From positions 192,001-256,000 of the forward strand of contig CAVYNY010000009.1 in assembly GCA_963769935.1 (NCBI GenBank): a stretch of DNA of 64,000 nucleotides. The letters are read 5' to 3'. Origin of the DNA: an uncultured delta proteobacterium (GTDB lineage Bacteria > Desulfobacterota > Desulfobacteria > Desulfobacterales > JAFDCJ01). The notes under the pieces were generated by a model. It was not told where the DNA came from, did no database searches, and saw nothing but the letters and a program-made list of their open reading frames with translations. Each line of letters opens with the position of its first letter. Position 1 is the stretch's first letter. The position numbers were made by a program, and so were the translations under genes. Below are positions 40,432-49,503 of the stretch, one piece after another.

Positions 40432-42249
40432 CTATTTCCCCCCGAAGGCATCCTCCGAGATATCCACGGCGGCACTGTTGGTGGCCAGAATGGCATCCAT
40501 CTTGCCCAGTGTCACCGGCAGAATACAACTGGTAAAGAACTCGGTGCTTTTCAGCTGGCCCTCATAAAATGCCGCATCTTTTTTCTTGGCACCTTCATCC
40601 AGCCTTGCGGCGGCAATGGTGGCGCGCCACAGCAGCAGCCAGGCCAGGATCACATCCCCAGAGACCTCCATGAACGGATAGGCGTGCGCAAATGCGGCCA
40701 TTACCTTGGGCGACATAGCGGTTTTGCCCAGGTGCAGGGCAACTTCACCCAGTTTATTCAAGGCTGCCTCCACCTTGCCGGCAAAATCTTCAACCCGGGC
40801 ATTGGTCTTGCCGGCAGCGATGGTTTTCTGGATTTCACCCATCAGATCCATGATCGGTTTGCCCTTGTTCATACCGAGTTTGCGGCCCAGAAGATCCATA
40901 GCCTGGATGCCGTTGGTTCCCTCGTAAATGGGAGTGATCCGGCAGTCCCGCAGCAGCTGTTCCATGGGATATTCCTTGATATAGCCGTACCCGCCGAAAA
41001 TCTGAACACCCAGGTTGCAGACATCGAAGGCCCGGTCGGACACATAGCCTTTGGCCACCGGTATCAACAGATCGATGATACCCTGATATTTGGCTTTTTC
41101 CTCTTCGCTGTCCGTAACATGCAATTTATCTTCGCACATGCCGACATAATAGATCAGGCTGCGCATGCCTTCCACGTAAGATTTCATCGTCAGCAGCATC
41201 CGCCGGACATCCGGGTGCTGAATGATCGGAACCGAAGGCGCGCTTTTATCCATCATATTTAACAGATGCCGTCCCTGCACCCGCTGTCTGGCATAATTAA
41301 TCGCATGCATGTAGGCCGCACTGGCACAGGCAAAGGCCTGGATACCCACCAGCAGACGCGCCTCGTTCATCATCAGAAACATGGATCGCATCCCTTTGTT
41401 TTCTTCCCCCAGGAGCAGCCCCCGGCATTTCCCTTTGCTGCCCAGAGACATTGCGCAGGTGGCGTTGCCGTGAATTCCCATTTTCTCCTCGACTCCCGTG
41501 CAGACCACGTCGTTGGGCTCTCCCAGACTCCCGTCGTCGTTGACCCGGATCTTGGGCACGATAAACAGGGATATGCCCGAAGTGCCCTGCGGTGCACCTT
41601 CAATGCGCGCCAGTACCGGATGAATAATGTTTTCGGCCAGATCATGCTCGCCGGAGGAAATAAAAATCTTGCTGCCCGTGATCGAATAGCTCCCGTCATC
41701 ATTTTTAACCGCACTGGTCGTCAACGCCCCTACATCGGATCCCGCCTCAGGTTCGGTCAGCAGCATGGTGCCGGTCCATTCTCCGGTATACATTTTCTTC
41801 AAAAACAGCGCCTTCTGCGCCTCTGTTCCAAAAGCCTCGACCAGTTTGCCGGCCCCATGCGTCAACCCCGCATACATCATAAAAGCAAAATTCGCCCCGT
41901 TCATGTAGTCACTGGCCGCCAGGGCGACGGCCCGCGGCATACCCTGTCCGCCCCATTGCGGATCTTCGATCATGGCCAGCCATTCGCCTTCTTTGAACAG
42001 TTCCCAGGCCTTGTGGAAGGACTCGGGAACCGTCACGCTTCCGTTTTCAAAGTGCGCGCCCTCCCGGTCCCCTTCCGCCTGCGTGGGCAAAATCTCTTTG
42101 ACAGCCAGGTTGCGGGCTTCGGATACGATGAGATCTACGGTTTTTCTGTTGAATTCGGCAAACCTGTCATGCTTGCTCAATTCCTCGACCTGCAGCTGGT
42201 CGTAGAGGACAAAGTCAACATCCCTGCGATCTGCAATTTGCTGTGCCAT
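40432..42249 (-). CDS. Long-form acyl-CoA dehydrogenase
   Basis: TMLLTEPEAGSD, GSKIFIS, EEKMGIHG, GGYGY, IYEGTNGIQAMDL. Confidence 0.95.
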   Translation of the reverse strand: MAQQIADRRDVDFVLYDQLQVEELSKHDRFAEFNRKTVDLIVSEARNLAVKEILPTQAEGDREGAHFENGSVTVPESFHKAWELFKEGEWLAMIEDPQWGGQGMPRAVALAASDYMNGANFAFMMYAGLTHGAGKLVEAFGTEAQKALFLKKMYTGEWTGTMLLTEPEAGSDVGALTTSAVKNDDGSYSITGSKIFISSGEHDLAENIIHPVLARIEGAPQGTSGISLFIVPKIRVNDDGSLGEPNDVVCTGVEEKMGIHGNATCAMSLGSKGKCRGLLLGEENKGMRSMFLMMNEARLLVGIQAFACASAAYMHAINYARQRVQGRHLLNMMDKSAPSVPIIQHPDVRRMLLTMKSYVEGMRSLIYYVGMCEDKLHVTDSEEEKAKYQGIIDLLIPVAKGYVSDRAFDVCNLGVQIFGGYGYIKEYPMEQLLRDCRITPIYEGTNGIQAMDLLGRKLGMNKGKPIMDLMGEIQKTIAAGKTNARVEDFAGKVEAALNKLGEVALHLGKTAMSPKVMAAFAHAYPFMEVSGDVILAWLLLWRATIAAARLDEGAKKKDAAFYEGQLKSTEFFTSCILPVTLGKMDAILATNSAAVDISEDAFGGK

Positions 42250-42268
42250 TTTTTGTCTCTCCTTTTCT

Positions 42269-42904
42269 TTATGCTTTCTTTAACTCGGCGGTCCCGATGC
42301 CTCTAATAAAAAGATCAACCAGCGGATCCGCCATCGAAACCAGGTCATACTCTTTTTCCGAATGCAGCCAGGTGTTGATCACTTCATCGACAGCCCCCAG
42401 AATAAATCGCTTTACCAGACCGACATAGAGATCTTTGCGAATGCGGCCCTCCTGCTGACCCAATTCCACAATTTCCGATATCAGGTCCTGGTACATCTGG
42501 GACATCTCTCTGATCTGCGATTCGGCCAGGCGGCTGTTCTGGTGGGTTTCCACCTGATATACCACCGCCATGTCCCGGTCCCGCTGGAATTCCGTCAGAT
42601 GCCGCCGGATGAGGTTGCGCAGTTTGTTCAGGCTGGTGTCCGCTTTCCTGACCTCGGCCCGGAACCGATCAAATACCTGCTTGGTCCTGTAGCTGAAAAA
42701 TTGCACCAGAATGTCATCTTTATTTTTGAAGTAAAGATAGATGGTGCCGTCCGCCACACCGGCTTCTTTAGCGATCTGGGCGACGGTCGACTGATAAAAA
42801 CCCTGCCGGGCGAATACTTTTACCGCCGCTTCCAGAATGAGATGGTATTTGTTATTTTTGTTGTTTTTATTGATTTCGACCTCCCTACTCCCAGATGTCG
42901 GCAT
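42269..42904 (-). CDS. TetR-family regulator, Bacillus FadR-like; true start may be ATC at 42874
   Basis: ILEAAVKVFA..IAKEAGVADGTIYLYFKNKDDIL; heads a fatty-acid oxidation operon. Confidence 0.9.
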   Translation of the reverse strand: MPTSGSREVEINKNNKNNKYHLILEAAVKVFARQGFYQSTVAQIAKEAGVADGTIYLYFKNKDDILVQFFSYRTKQVFDRFRAEVRKADTSLNKLRNLIRRHLTEFQRDRDMAVVYQVETHQNSRLAESQIREMSQMYQDLISEIVELGQQEGRIRKDLYVGLVKRFILGAVDEVINTWLHSEKEYDLVSMADPLVDLFIRGIGTAELKKA

Positions 42905-42909
42905 TTACA

Positions 42910-42959
42910 ATTATGAATGAATGTTCATTCATAATACAAGGCCGTCCGATTCCTGTCAA
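42910..42959 (-). promoter_or_regulatory. Sigma70 promoter overlapped by a palindromic FadR-type operator
   Basis: TTGACA (42959-42954)-N17-TATTAT (42936-42931); perfect palindrome ATTATGAATGAA-TG-TTCATTCATAAT at 42910-42935. Confidence 0.85.
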
Positions 42960-43108
42960 GTCTAAAATTATCAAACCCAACTAAAATTTTAACTATATAA
43001 TTTTAGCAAGTTAACAAAAATAAACTCCGGTCATGATAAAAAGTTTAACCACCTGATGCTTATCTAAACGTTTAAATAATACTGAATACTTATTCATTTT
43101 CGTCCCAA

Positions 43109-43518
43109 TATGCCCTGTTTGGTTTCTTTGTAGCTCAGCTGTCTTCAGATCCGACCATGCAGCGTCTCAAGAGCAACACCAACGAACCCCGGGATCTGAA
43201 AGGGCGACGCGTTGCAGTGCTGCAAGGAACGACCGGTTTGGATCATATGAATAAAGAGGGTGCTGATATTGATGTGTTTGAAGGGGTAGATGATGCTATT
43301 GCCGCATTCGCATTAAGGTAGGGGGAAGGGGCAGCAGCGGTTTATGATGCCCCTAATCTGCTCTATTATGCGAACGGGGAGGGCAGAGGTAAAGTTCCGG
43401 TTGTCGGCAAAATTTTCGAACCGCAGGATTATGGTCTGGCCCTGCCGCAAGGCAGCCAAGAATCAGGGCCCGGAGGACCAGGCTTTCAATGTTGAAATAA
43501 AATGGTTTGGCGATTAAA
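43109..43518 (+). pseudogene. Remnant of a GluR0-like ion channel / family 3 substrate-binding protein, C-terminal part
   Basis: YALFGFFVAQLSS..DLKGRRVAVLQGTTG..*..VYDAPNLLYYA..GKIFEPQDYGLALPQGS; in-frame TAG at 43319; terminal KWFGD* is in another frame. Confidence 0.75.
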
Positions 43519-43532
43519 ACAGCAATATTATT

Positions 43533-43859
43533 TCACGGAACTAAAATGACCTCATCATTGTTGCACCATCTTTCGGTGCCGCCGCTGAGCGGCTGGTCCG
43601 TATCCGGCTGGGAATTGTAGTCGTAATCGAATTGTCCGTGGGGTGTGGTTATGCGGGCGGTTTGTCCGGCATTGATTCTGCCCTCCCAGATCTGGCCTCT
43701 TCGGGATCCGTCACTATTCAGATCGTAGATAATGATAAACACGTCATCATTGGTGGCCTTCAGGATACATGAACCCGCCCCGGCGTCGGGCAAAGATATA
43801 AACCCGGCCGTGATTATCGCCAAAAATAAAATGGATAAGGATTTGGTTAATCGTTTCAT
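43533..43859 (-). CDS. Small secreted hypothetical protein
   Basis: Signal peptide, two Cys, AAGGAG RBS. Confidence 0.7.
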   Translation of the reverse strand: MKRLTKSLSILFLAIITAGFISLPDAGAGSCILKATNDDVFIIIYDLNSDGSRRGQIWEGRINAGQTARITTPHGQFDYDYNSQPDTDQPLSGGTERWCNNDEVILVP

Positions 43860-43873
43860 TAACGCTCCTTATT

Positions 43874-44131
43874 TTACATGAAAAATTTATCGCCGAAGTG
43901 AGCGACGTACTCATCGATCTCTTTGGCAAAATGCTCCAGAAATTTATCCATTTTGTTGCCGTTATGCTGAATGACTTTATCGGCAATGTTCGATGCTTTG
44001 GCGTAGACTTTTTCGAACTCATGGTCAGCCAATCCGCTGATTTCTTTGGCTTCCTTCTTGGAGATGTGACCTGCATGGGCAAAAGCGGCTGCGAATACGC
44101 CTGTCATCTGTTGAACCTTCTCTTTCGACAT
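43874..44131 (-). CDS. Small hypothetical protein
   Basis: AAGGAGG RBS, plausible helical composition. Confidence 0.7.
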   Translation of the reverse strand: MSKEKVQQMTGVFAAAFAHAGHISKKEAKEISGLADHEFEKVYAKASNIADKVIQHNGNKMDKFLEHFAKEIDEYVAHFGDKFFM

Positions 44132-44279
44132 TACGCCTCCTTTCAGAAAATTGCTTTTAAGAGAAATTTTTTACTCACGCTATCCTTTCGGCGTCTTAAA
44201 AGGTGATGAACCCTATGCCGCCCGGCTGTTGCAATAAAATGAAGACCAATATAATCCCTGAAAACGAAAAATTCAAGTA

Positions 44280-46589
44280 TCAAGGCGCATTTGGCTGGGC
44301 CAATTTTTTTTCGATATAATTCAACATATCGCGTCCGATGGGATTGCCGGGGTGTTTTTCAATCATCCGTTCGGCGAAATCCCTGGCTTTAATCAGTTTT
44401 CCGCTTTTCAGATAGTGGTCGGCCACGGCATACAGATAGTCCAGGTTGTCGGGTTCAATTTCGAGGGCTCCCAGCAGAGCGGCCTCGGCCTCCATATCCC
44501 GCTTCATTTGCTGCAGCAATAAACCTAAATTGTAGCGCACCCGCGCCCGGTCCGGCATGCCTTTGGCTGCAATCTCAAGATGCCCGGCCGCTTCAGCATA
44601 CTTTTTCTTTTCCGCCAGCAGCAGTCCCAGTGAATATTGCACCTCGTAAAGCTCAGGATGCGCATCGACCACCTCGCGCAGCAAGGCCTCCGTTTCATCG
44701 CTGCGGCCCAATTGGTTGAACAGCATGGCCAGATTGACCTTGGCCGGGTAAAATTGACTGTCGATGCGGATGGCACCCCTAAAACTGTCAATCGCTTTTT
44801 CCGGCTGGCCCAAATTGGTGTAAATATTACCCAGGTTGTACCTGGCAAACGCAAAATCGGCCGAATATTCCATAGCTTCCTGATATTCCAGCAAGGCTGC
44901 TTGATAGCGCTTTTTCTGACTGCCGTCCAGCTGCGGGTCCTTTATTTCCGTCATACGCCGGGCGGCTTCAATGCGAACCGCTTTGACGGGATCGTACAGC
45001 ATGGCGGCCAGCAAGGCGGTCTGTTTATTTAAATCAGCAGCATTCAGCTGATCAATCGCCGTGCGTCGAATCAGGGCTTCATCGTCCGCCAGAGCCGGCT
45101 CATAGGCCTGGATGCTGTCTTTAGCCGGGTAGGAGCCCAGCAGCGACAGTGCCGTCGCCCGCACGATCACCGGATACAAGGGATCACCCGCCAGTCGAAT
45201 GAGGTTCTGAGAAGCGGCCGGCAGGTGCCGGCGGCCGGCATCGATAATCGTGCCGTAGTGGCCGGGGCGGCCGGGACCGTACCATTTGGTGAAATAATCA
45301 TCGGCCCATTGCAAGCTCTTCTCCTGATGGCAACGATTGCAGGCGTTGGGCACGCCGAGTTTCAGGCTCAGATCGGGACGCGGTATGCGAAGGCTGTGAT
45401 CCGGCCGGTAATCGATTCCCATATAGATGCGCCCCGGCATATGGCACTGGGCACACTCGGCGCCGGTACCCACGTCAAACAGCACCCGGCCGTCGGCGGA
45501 TTTGAGCGGCTCGCCTTTTTCGCCTTTTTTCTTGTGGAAATGATGGGCCCGGGCGTCATAGACGGCCGCCCGATGACACTGCAAACACAAGGCGTTGCCC
45601 GTCTTGACCGTCCTGACACTATGCACATCATGGCAGTCGCTGCAGCGCACCCCGCGCGCGTACATTTTACTCTGGGTAAACGAGCCGTAGACATAAACCT
45701 CCTCCTGGATCTGGCCGTCGGGATAATAGAGGTCTTCCTCGAGCAGGCTCGGCAGCATCGTATCCATCAAATCCGGCTCGGCATGGGTGTAATCTCCCAG
45801 TATGGCCCGCCGGGCATGGCAGGGGGCACACAGTTCCACCAGTTTGTGCGAGTTAATGCCGGATGTTTTCACCATTAGCCGGTAATTTTCAGCGGCGGGC
45901 CGCGCCATATCGGGCAATTCGGCCCACTTCACGTGATCCGATCCCGGGCCATGGCAGGCCTCGCAGCTGACATCGATTTCCGACCAGGTGGTGCGATATG
46001 AATCCGTATTGAGATCGTAATTTTTTTTCAAATTGGTGGAATGGCATTCGGCGCACATTCCGTTCCAATTCTGTCCGGCATTGGTCCAGTAAAGCCAGTC
46101 GGCAGGATCGATCGGGGCGTCCGGATACAGATGATACCATTTTTTTTCTCTGACATCCCAGGCAATGGGCAGGCATTGCAATCTCCCGCCGGGAAACGGG
46201 ATCAGGTACTGCTGCAAGGGATACACACCGAAGGTATACTTGACTTCATAATCATCCATTTTCCCGTCCGCTCCCTGGGTATGGACAAAAAATCGGCCGT
46301 CCTTGCGGTAAAATCGCGACGTAACCCCGAAGCGCTCGAAGACCGCGTTGTCAAAATTTCCCAGCACGGTTTGATCATTGGCCTCATCCATGGCCAGATC
46401 ATGCGGAGACCCCCGCCACTTGTCGAATTCACTTTTATGACATTCGGCACATTTTTGCCCGCCGACAAAGGCCGCCGGAGGCGCCGGCGCAGCGGGCGCC
46501 CGGAAGTATTGCTGCTTGAGCACATATGCCGGAATGGAGAGCACAATAACAAGCGTTGCAATGATTCCGGTTATTTTCCAGTTTCGCAT
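44280..46589 (-). CDS. Membrane-anchored octaheme cytochrome c with HEAT and TPR repeats
   Basis: Eight CxxCH motifs, N-terminal TM, C-terminal HEAT/TPR; start overlaps the Rieske stop. Confidence 0.9.
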   Translation of the reverse strand: MRNWKITGIIATLVIVLSIPAYVLKQQYFRAPAAPAPPAAFVGGQKCAECHKSEFDKWRGSPHDLAMDEANDQTVLGNFDNAVFERFGVTSRFYRKDGRFFVHTQGADGKMDDYEVKYTFGVYPLQQYLIPFPGGRLQCLPIAWDVREKKWYHLYPDAPIDPADWLYWTNAGQNWNGMCAECHSTNLKKNYDLNTDSYRTTWSEIDVSCEACHGPGSDHVKWAELPDMARPAAENYRLMVKTSGINSHKLVELCAPCHARRAILGDYTHAEPDLMDTMLPSLLEEDLYYPDGQIQEEVYVYGSFTQSKMYARGVRCSDCHDVHSVRTVKTGNALCLQCHRAAVYDARAHHFHKKKGEKGEPLKSADGRVLFDVGTGAECAQCHMPGRIYMGIDYRPDHSLRIPRPDLSLKLGVPNACNRCHQEKSLQWADDYFTKWYGPGRPGHYGTIIDAGRRHLPAASQNLIRLAGDPLYPVIVRATALSLLGSYPAKDSIQAYEPALADDEALIRRTAIDQLNAADLNKQTALLAAMLYDPVKAVRIEAARRMTEIKDPQLDGSQKKRYQAALLEYQEAMEYSADFAFARYNLGNIYTNLGQPEKAIDSFRGAIRIDSQFYPAKVNLAMLFNQLGRSDETEALLREVVDAHPELYEVQYSLGLLLAEKKKYAEAAGHLEIAAKGMPDRARVRYNLGLLLQQMKRDMEAEAALLGALEIEPDNLDYLYAVADHYLKSGKLIKARDFAERMIEKHPGNPIGRDMLNYIEKKLAQPNAP

Positions 46590-47113
46590 CAGGCCTTCTT
46601 CACAGGATACACGACTTGCTCGGTTTTGAATTCACTGCGTTTTATTGTTCGACTCGTATCTACTTTCACAATGCCGTTTTCTATGACCAGTGGATGTATA
46701 TCCAATGGCCGCGGCGCAGGCGGGCTGATGACATTGCCGGTGATATCAAAGGCCGAAGCATGACAGGGACAGGCGAATCTCTTTTCTCGCTCCACCCAGG
46801 GGACGGTGCAGCCGAGATGGGTGCATTTGCGCGACAAGGCCAGAAATCCGCCGTCTGCCAGCCGCGCAAGATAAAACCGGCCGCGCACAAAAGCGGTCAC
46901 CGAATCAGGCACAAATGTATTGACGGCGCCGGCGGTAACGACGGCATCGGCGTTTTCCGGGTGCGCTTGGGGTTTGCCCGGCCGCAAAAAAGCAAATGCG
47001 ACGGCAATGAACTCGGCCAGCGCCACAAAACCCAGGGCGAACCAGAGTTTGGTTAGAAAACTGCGGCGGGAGGAACCTGCCGGTGTGGCTTTCTCTTTGA
47101 GTTGATTTGGCAT
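46589..47113 (-). CDS. Rieske 2Fe-2S subunit of a Rieske/cytochrome b complex
   Basis: Tat motif SRRSFL, CTHLGC, CPCHASAF, PAPRPL. Confidence 0.93.
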   Translation of the reverse strand: MPNQLKEKATPAGSSRRSFLTKLWFALGFVALAEFIAVAFAFLRPGKPQAHPENADAVVTAGAVNTFVPDSVTAFVRGRFYLARLADGGFLALSRKCTHLGCTVPWVEREKRFACPCHASAFDITGNVISPPAPRPLDIHPLVIENGIVKVDTSRTIKRSEFKTEQVVYPVKKA

Positions 47114-47180
47114 GAGAATATCCTAAACAACTTCTTGGTGGTTTCCTACTATATCAAAACAATAAAACATCTTCGAGAAA

Positions 47181-47742
47181 GCCGGAGTGCTGGAGTATTG
47201 GAGTATTGGATTAATCATTTCCATATAGAGCATTGCTTTCCTTTATGACTAGGTGGTCTGTCCAGTCTCCCTTGGCCCTTTTGAGTTCTAAGCTTTCGAC
47301 TAATTTAAGCAGGCCATTTTCAAGTTTATATGCCAGAGTGTCAAGAGTTCCGAATTCTTCTTCAGTGATCTGCCCTGACGCTCTGTAGGCAAATAGCCCG
47401 GATACCGATTCCCCGAGAGATCCGAGGGCTATATTAAGAAAATTCAGATACTCATGAATAGATCGCCTGCAATACCCTTCTGCAATGTTCCGGTGAACGG
47501 AGTCACTTGATGCTATTGCCTGTCCTGCGACTCGCTTTAATTCGTAAGGAAATTTTCTGAAGATACGAAATGTTTGCTGATAATATTCAATTGCATCATT
47601 CCATACCCTCAATTTCTGGTATCCACGATTTTTATTCTTTCGCATTCTTAAATACCCTGTAATCTATGCAGTTCTTACTCATTTTCTTTCCATTACTCCA
47701 CTACTCCACTACTCCATTACTCCAATACTCCACTAATCCGGC
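47181..47742. mobile_element. Putative intervening element: four-helix-bundle gene within inverted 8-mer tandem arms
   Basis: 47181-47210 and 47713-47742 are reverse complements at 26/30 positions; further TACTCCAn units extend to about 47690. Confidence 0.6.
47211..47645 (-). CDS. Four-helix-bundle protein (23S rRNA IVS protein / Avd-like)
   Basis: YQKLRVW, QAIASSDSVHRNIAEGYCR, FLNIALGSLGE family motifs. Confidence 0.92.
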   Translation of the reverse strand: MRKNKNRGYQKLRVWNDAIEYYQQTFRIFRKFPYELKRVAGQAIASSDSVHRNIAEGYCRRSIHEYLNFLNIALGSLGESVSGLFAYRASGQITEEEFGTLDTLAYKLENGLLKLVESLELKRAKGDWTDHLVIKESNALYGND

Positions 47743-47801
47743 AACGTTATCCAACTTATCTAAACCGGAGTGCGTTGAGTATTATAGACCAACCTCCACT
47801 A

Positions 47802-49187
47802 CTACCACGGCCACACCAGCGCCATCTCCTTTCCCCGGAACCAGATCCCGGTTACGGTCAAAATTAAAAATGCCGTCAACAATAAAACAAAGACTGCCTG
47901 GACGGCTTCGTTGTTGTTGGCGTGAAATCCCTGCTTCATCAGCAGGTAAAATCCGATGATTCCCACCAGGATAAGGACCGCCGGCAGCAGGCCGTTGCTG
48001 ATTGTGGAGGAAATCGCCGGCATCCAGGCCGCAAAATCAATCCCAAATTCATCTGCCACGATTCCGGGCGGTGTAATGATCAGGGCAATTGCCGCAGCGA
48101 TGACGGCCATTTTCCGGCCCCGGTAGGAAGCAAACCAGACGCCGGCGGTATCGGCATCATAGCGCAGATACGGCAGAAAAAATAACAGCCCGATGATGGT
48201 AACCGGTATGACAAAGACCGCGAACAGGGGGTGGAAATGCAGCAGCAGCTCCTGTAAGCCGGCAAAATACCAGGGCGCTTTGGTGGGATTGGGGCTGAGA
48301 CCCGGATTGGCCTTGGCTTCCAAAGGAGCATTAAACAAGATCGATAAAAGCATCATCAGCGCGATCAGCAGTGCGGCCACGACCAGTTCACGTACAACAA
48401 GGTTCGGAATGGTAGCTGCCGACTCCCCCCGGTCCTGCCCATCTCCGTCGGGCTTCCGCGGGATCACCAATCCGCGGGCTTTGCGTATCCGCCAGAAATG
48501 AAACGGCATGAGGCAAATGAGACCGGCGGGAATAATGGCGGTGTGGATGGCAAAAAAGATCGACAGGGTGGTCGGGCCGATATCGGATCCGCCCCGGACC
48601 AGCCTTTGCAGCCCCAAACCGATTCCGGGAATGTATTCCAGCATGCCGGTGCAGATGGTGACGGCCCAGAATGCAAGCTGATCCCACGGGAGCAAATAGC
48701 CGGTGAAGTTCGACCCCAAGACGAGAAGGAACAGCGCCAGTCCGATGACCCAGTTAAACTGCCTGGGTGAGTGAAATGCTCCGCTGAAAAATACCCGTAT
48801 AAAGTGGAGCAGAACGACCAGCAGCAGCGCATTGGCGCTCCAGTGATGCAGGTTGCGGATCAACTGACCGAAATTGACCGCGTTCTGCAGGTGGACAATG
48901 GATTCATAGGCCCGGTCCGGAACCGGCTGGTAGGCAAATTTGAGCATCAGGCCCGTAGCGAAAAGCATCACCACCAGCACCAGCGCCATCCCGCCGAGCC
49001 CCCAGGTAAGGGTGAATTTTAACGTGCGCCGGGGAACCGTTTGCGGGCGAAAATGCAGCAGCAGGCTGTTAAACAGCTGGCGGTATCGCTGCCGATCGAG
49101 GACACCCTGGTAAGTGCCGGGCAAGATGGAATACCGGATTCGCTGAAAAAGATTGAGCCGGTCCGATGTTACACTTTGAAGCGGCAT
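47802..49187 (-). CDS. Cytochrome b (b6-like and subunit IV-like parts fused)
   Basis: IRNLHHWSAN, LHFIRVF, FTGYLLPWDQ, FFAIH, KAPWYF (PEWY-equivalent). Confidence 0.93.
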   Translation of the reverse strand: MPLQSVTSDRLNLFQRIRYSILPGTYQGVLDRQRYRQLFNSLLLHFRPQTVPRRTLKFTLTWGLGGMALVLVVMLFATGLMLKFAYQPVPDRAYESIVHLQNAVNFGQLIRNLHHWSANALLLVVLLHFIRVFFSGAFHSPRQFNWVIGLALFLLVLGSNFTGYLLPWDQLAFWAVTICTGMLEYIPGIGLGLQRLVRGGSDIGPTTLSIFFAIHTAIIPAGLICLMPFHFWRIRKARGLVIPRKPDGDGQDRGESAATIPNLVVRELVVAALLIALMMLLSILFNAPLEAKANPGLSPNPTKAPWYFAGLQELLLHFHPLFAVFVIPVTIIGLLFFLPYLRYDADTAGVWFASYRGRKMAVIAAAIALIITPPGIVADEFGIDFAAWMPAISSTISNGLLPAVLILVGIIGFYLLMKQGFHANNNEAVQAVFVLLLTAFLILTVTGIWFRGKEMALVWPW

Positions 49188-49409
49188 AAGAGGCCAATAA
49201 TATTAGAGTCTTTGCATTTTATGATTTTTTTTCATCACGAAAACACCCCGGTTAAACGGAAACGAAGGTTTAACTGGGCAGGCGAAATATCGAACGCGCT
49301 GCTCAGGCGCCCCCGCGGCACCAGCGCTTGCGCCGCGGGGCCCGAAATATTCTCAGATACCCTATCGCCGTTTTCCAGTCAACAGATGCTTTTTCTGATT
49401 TTCAGACCC

Positions 49410-49443
49410 AATATTCCATTATTCCAGCATTCCATTATTCCAT
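49410..49443. repeat. 8-mer tandem tract (ATTCCAnn)
   Basis: AATATTCCATTATTCCAGCATTCCATTATTCCAT; a one-base variant of the arms around the four-helix-bundle gene. Confidence 0.85.
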
Positions 49444-49503
49444 CGAAATCTCAGACCCCCCCCCGCTATAACTTCAAAACCGGGTTCTCTGGTCTGGAAT
49501 TCT

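Noticed and set aside
40360..42306. Long plus-strand ORFs of 300 and 346 aa
   Set aside because: They are antisense to a clear acyl-CoA dehydrogenase and have no motifs. The same applies to 7150-7974, 46041-46763 and 62190-62975.
43319..43321. Pyrrolysine read-through of the in-frame TAG
   Set aside because: The fragment is also 5'-truncated and frameshifted, so decay explains it.
47211..47645. Diversity-generating retroelement suggested by the Avd-like gene
   Set aside because: No reverse transcriptase and no template/variable repeat pair differing at adenines was seen in the window.
47181..47742. 23S rRNA intervening sequence
   Set aside because: The flanks are protein-coding genes and no rRNA sequence is present.
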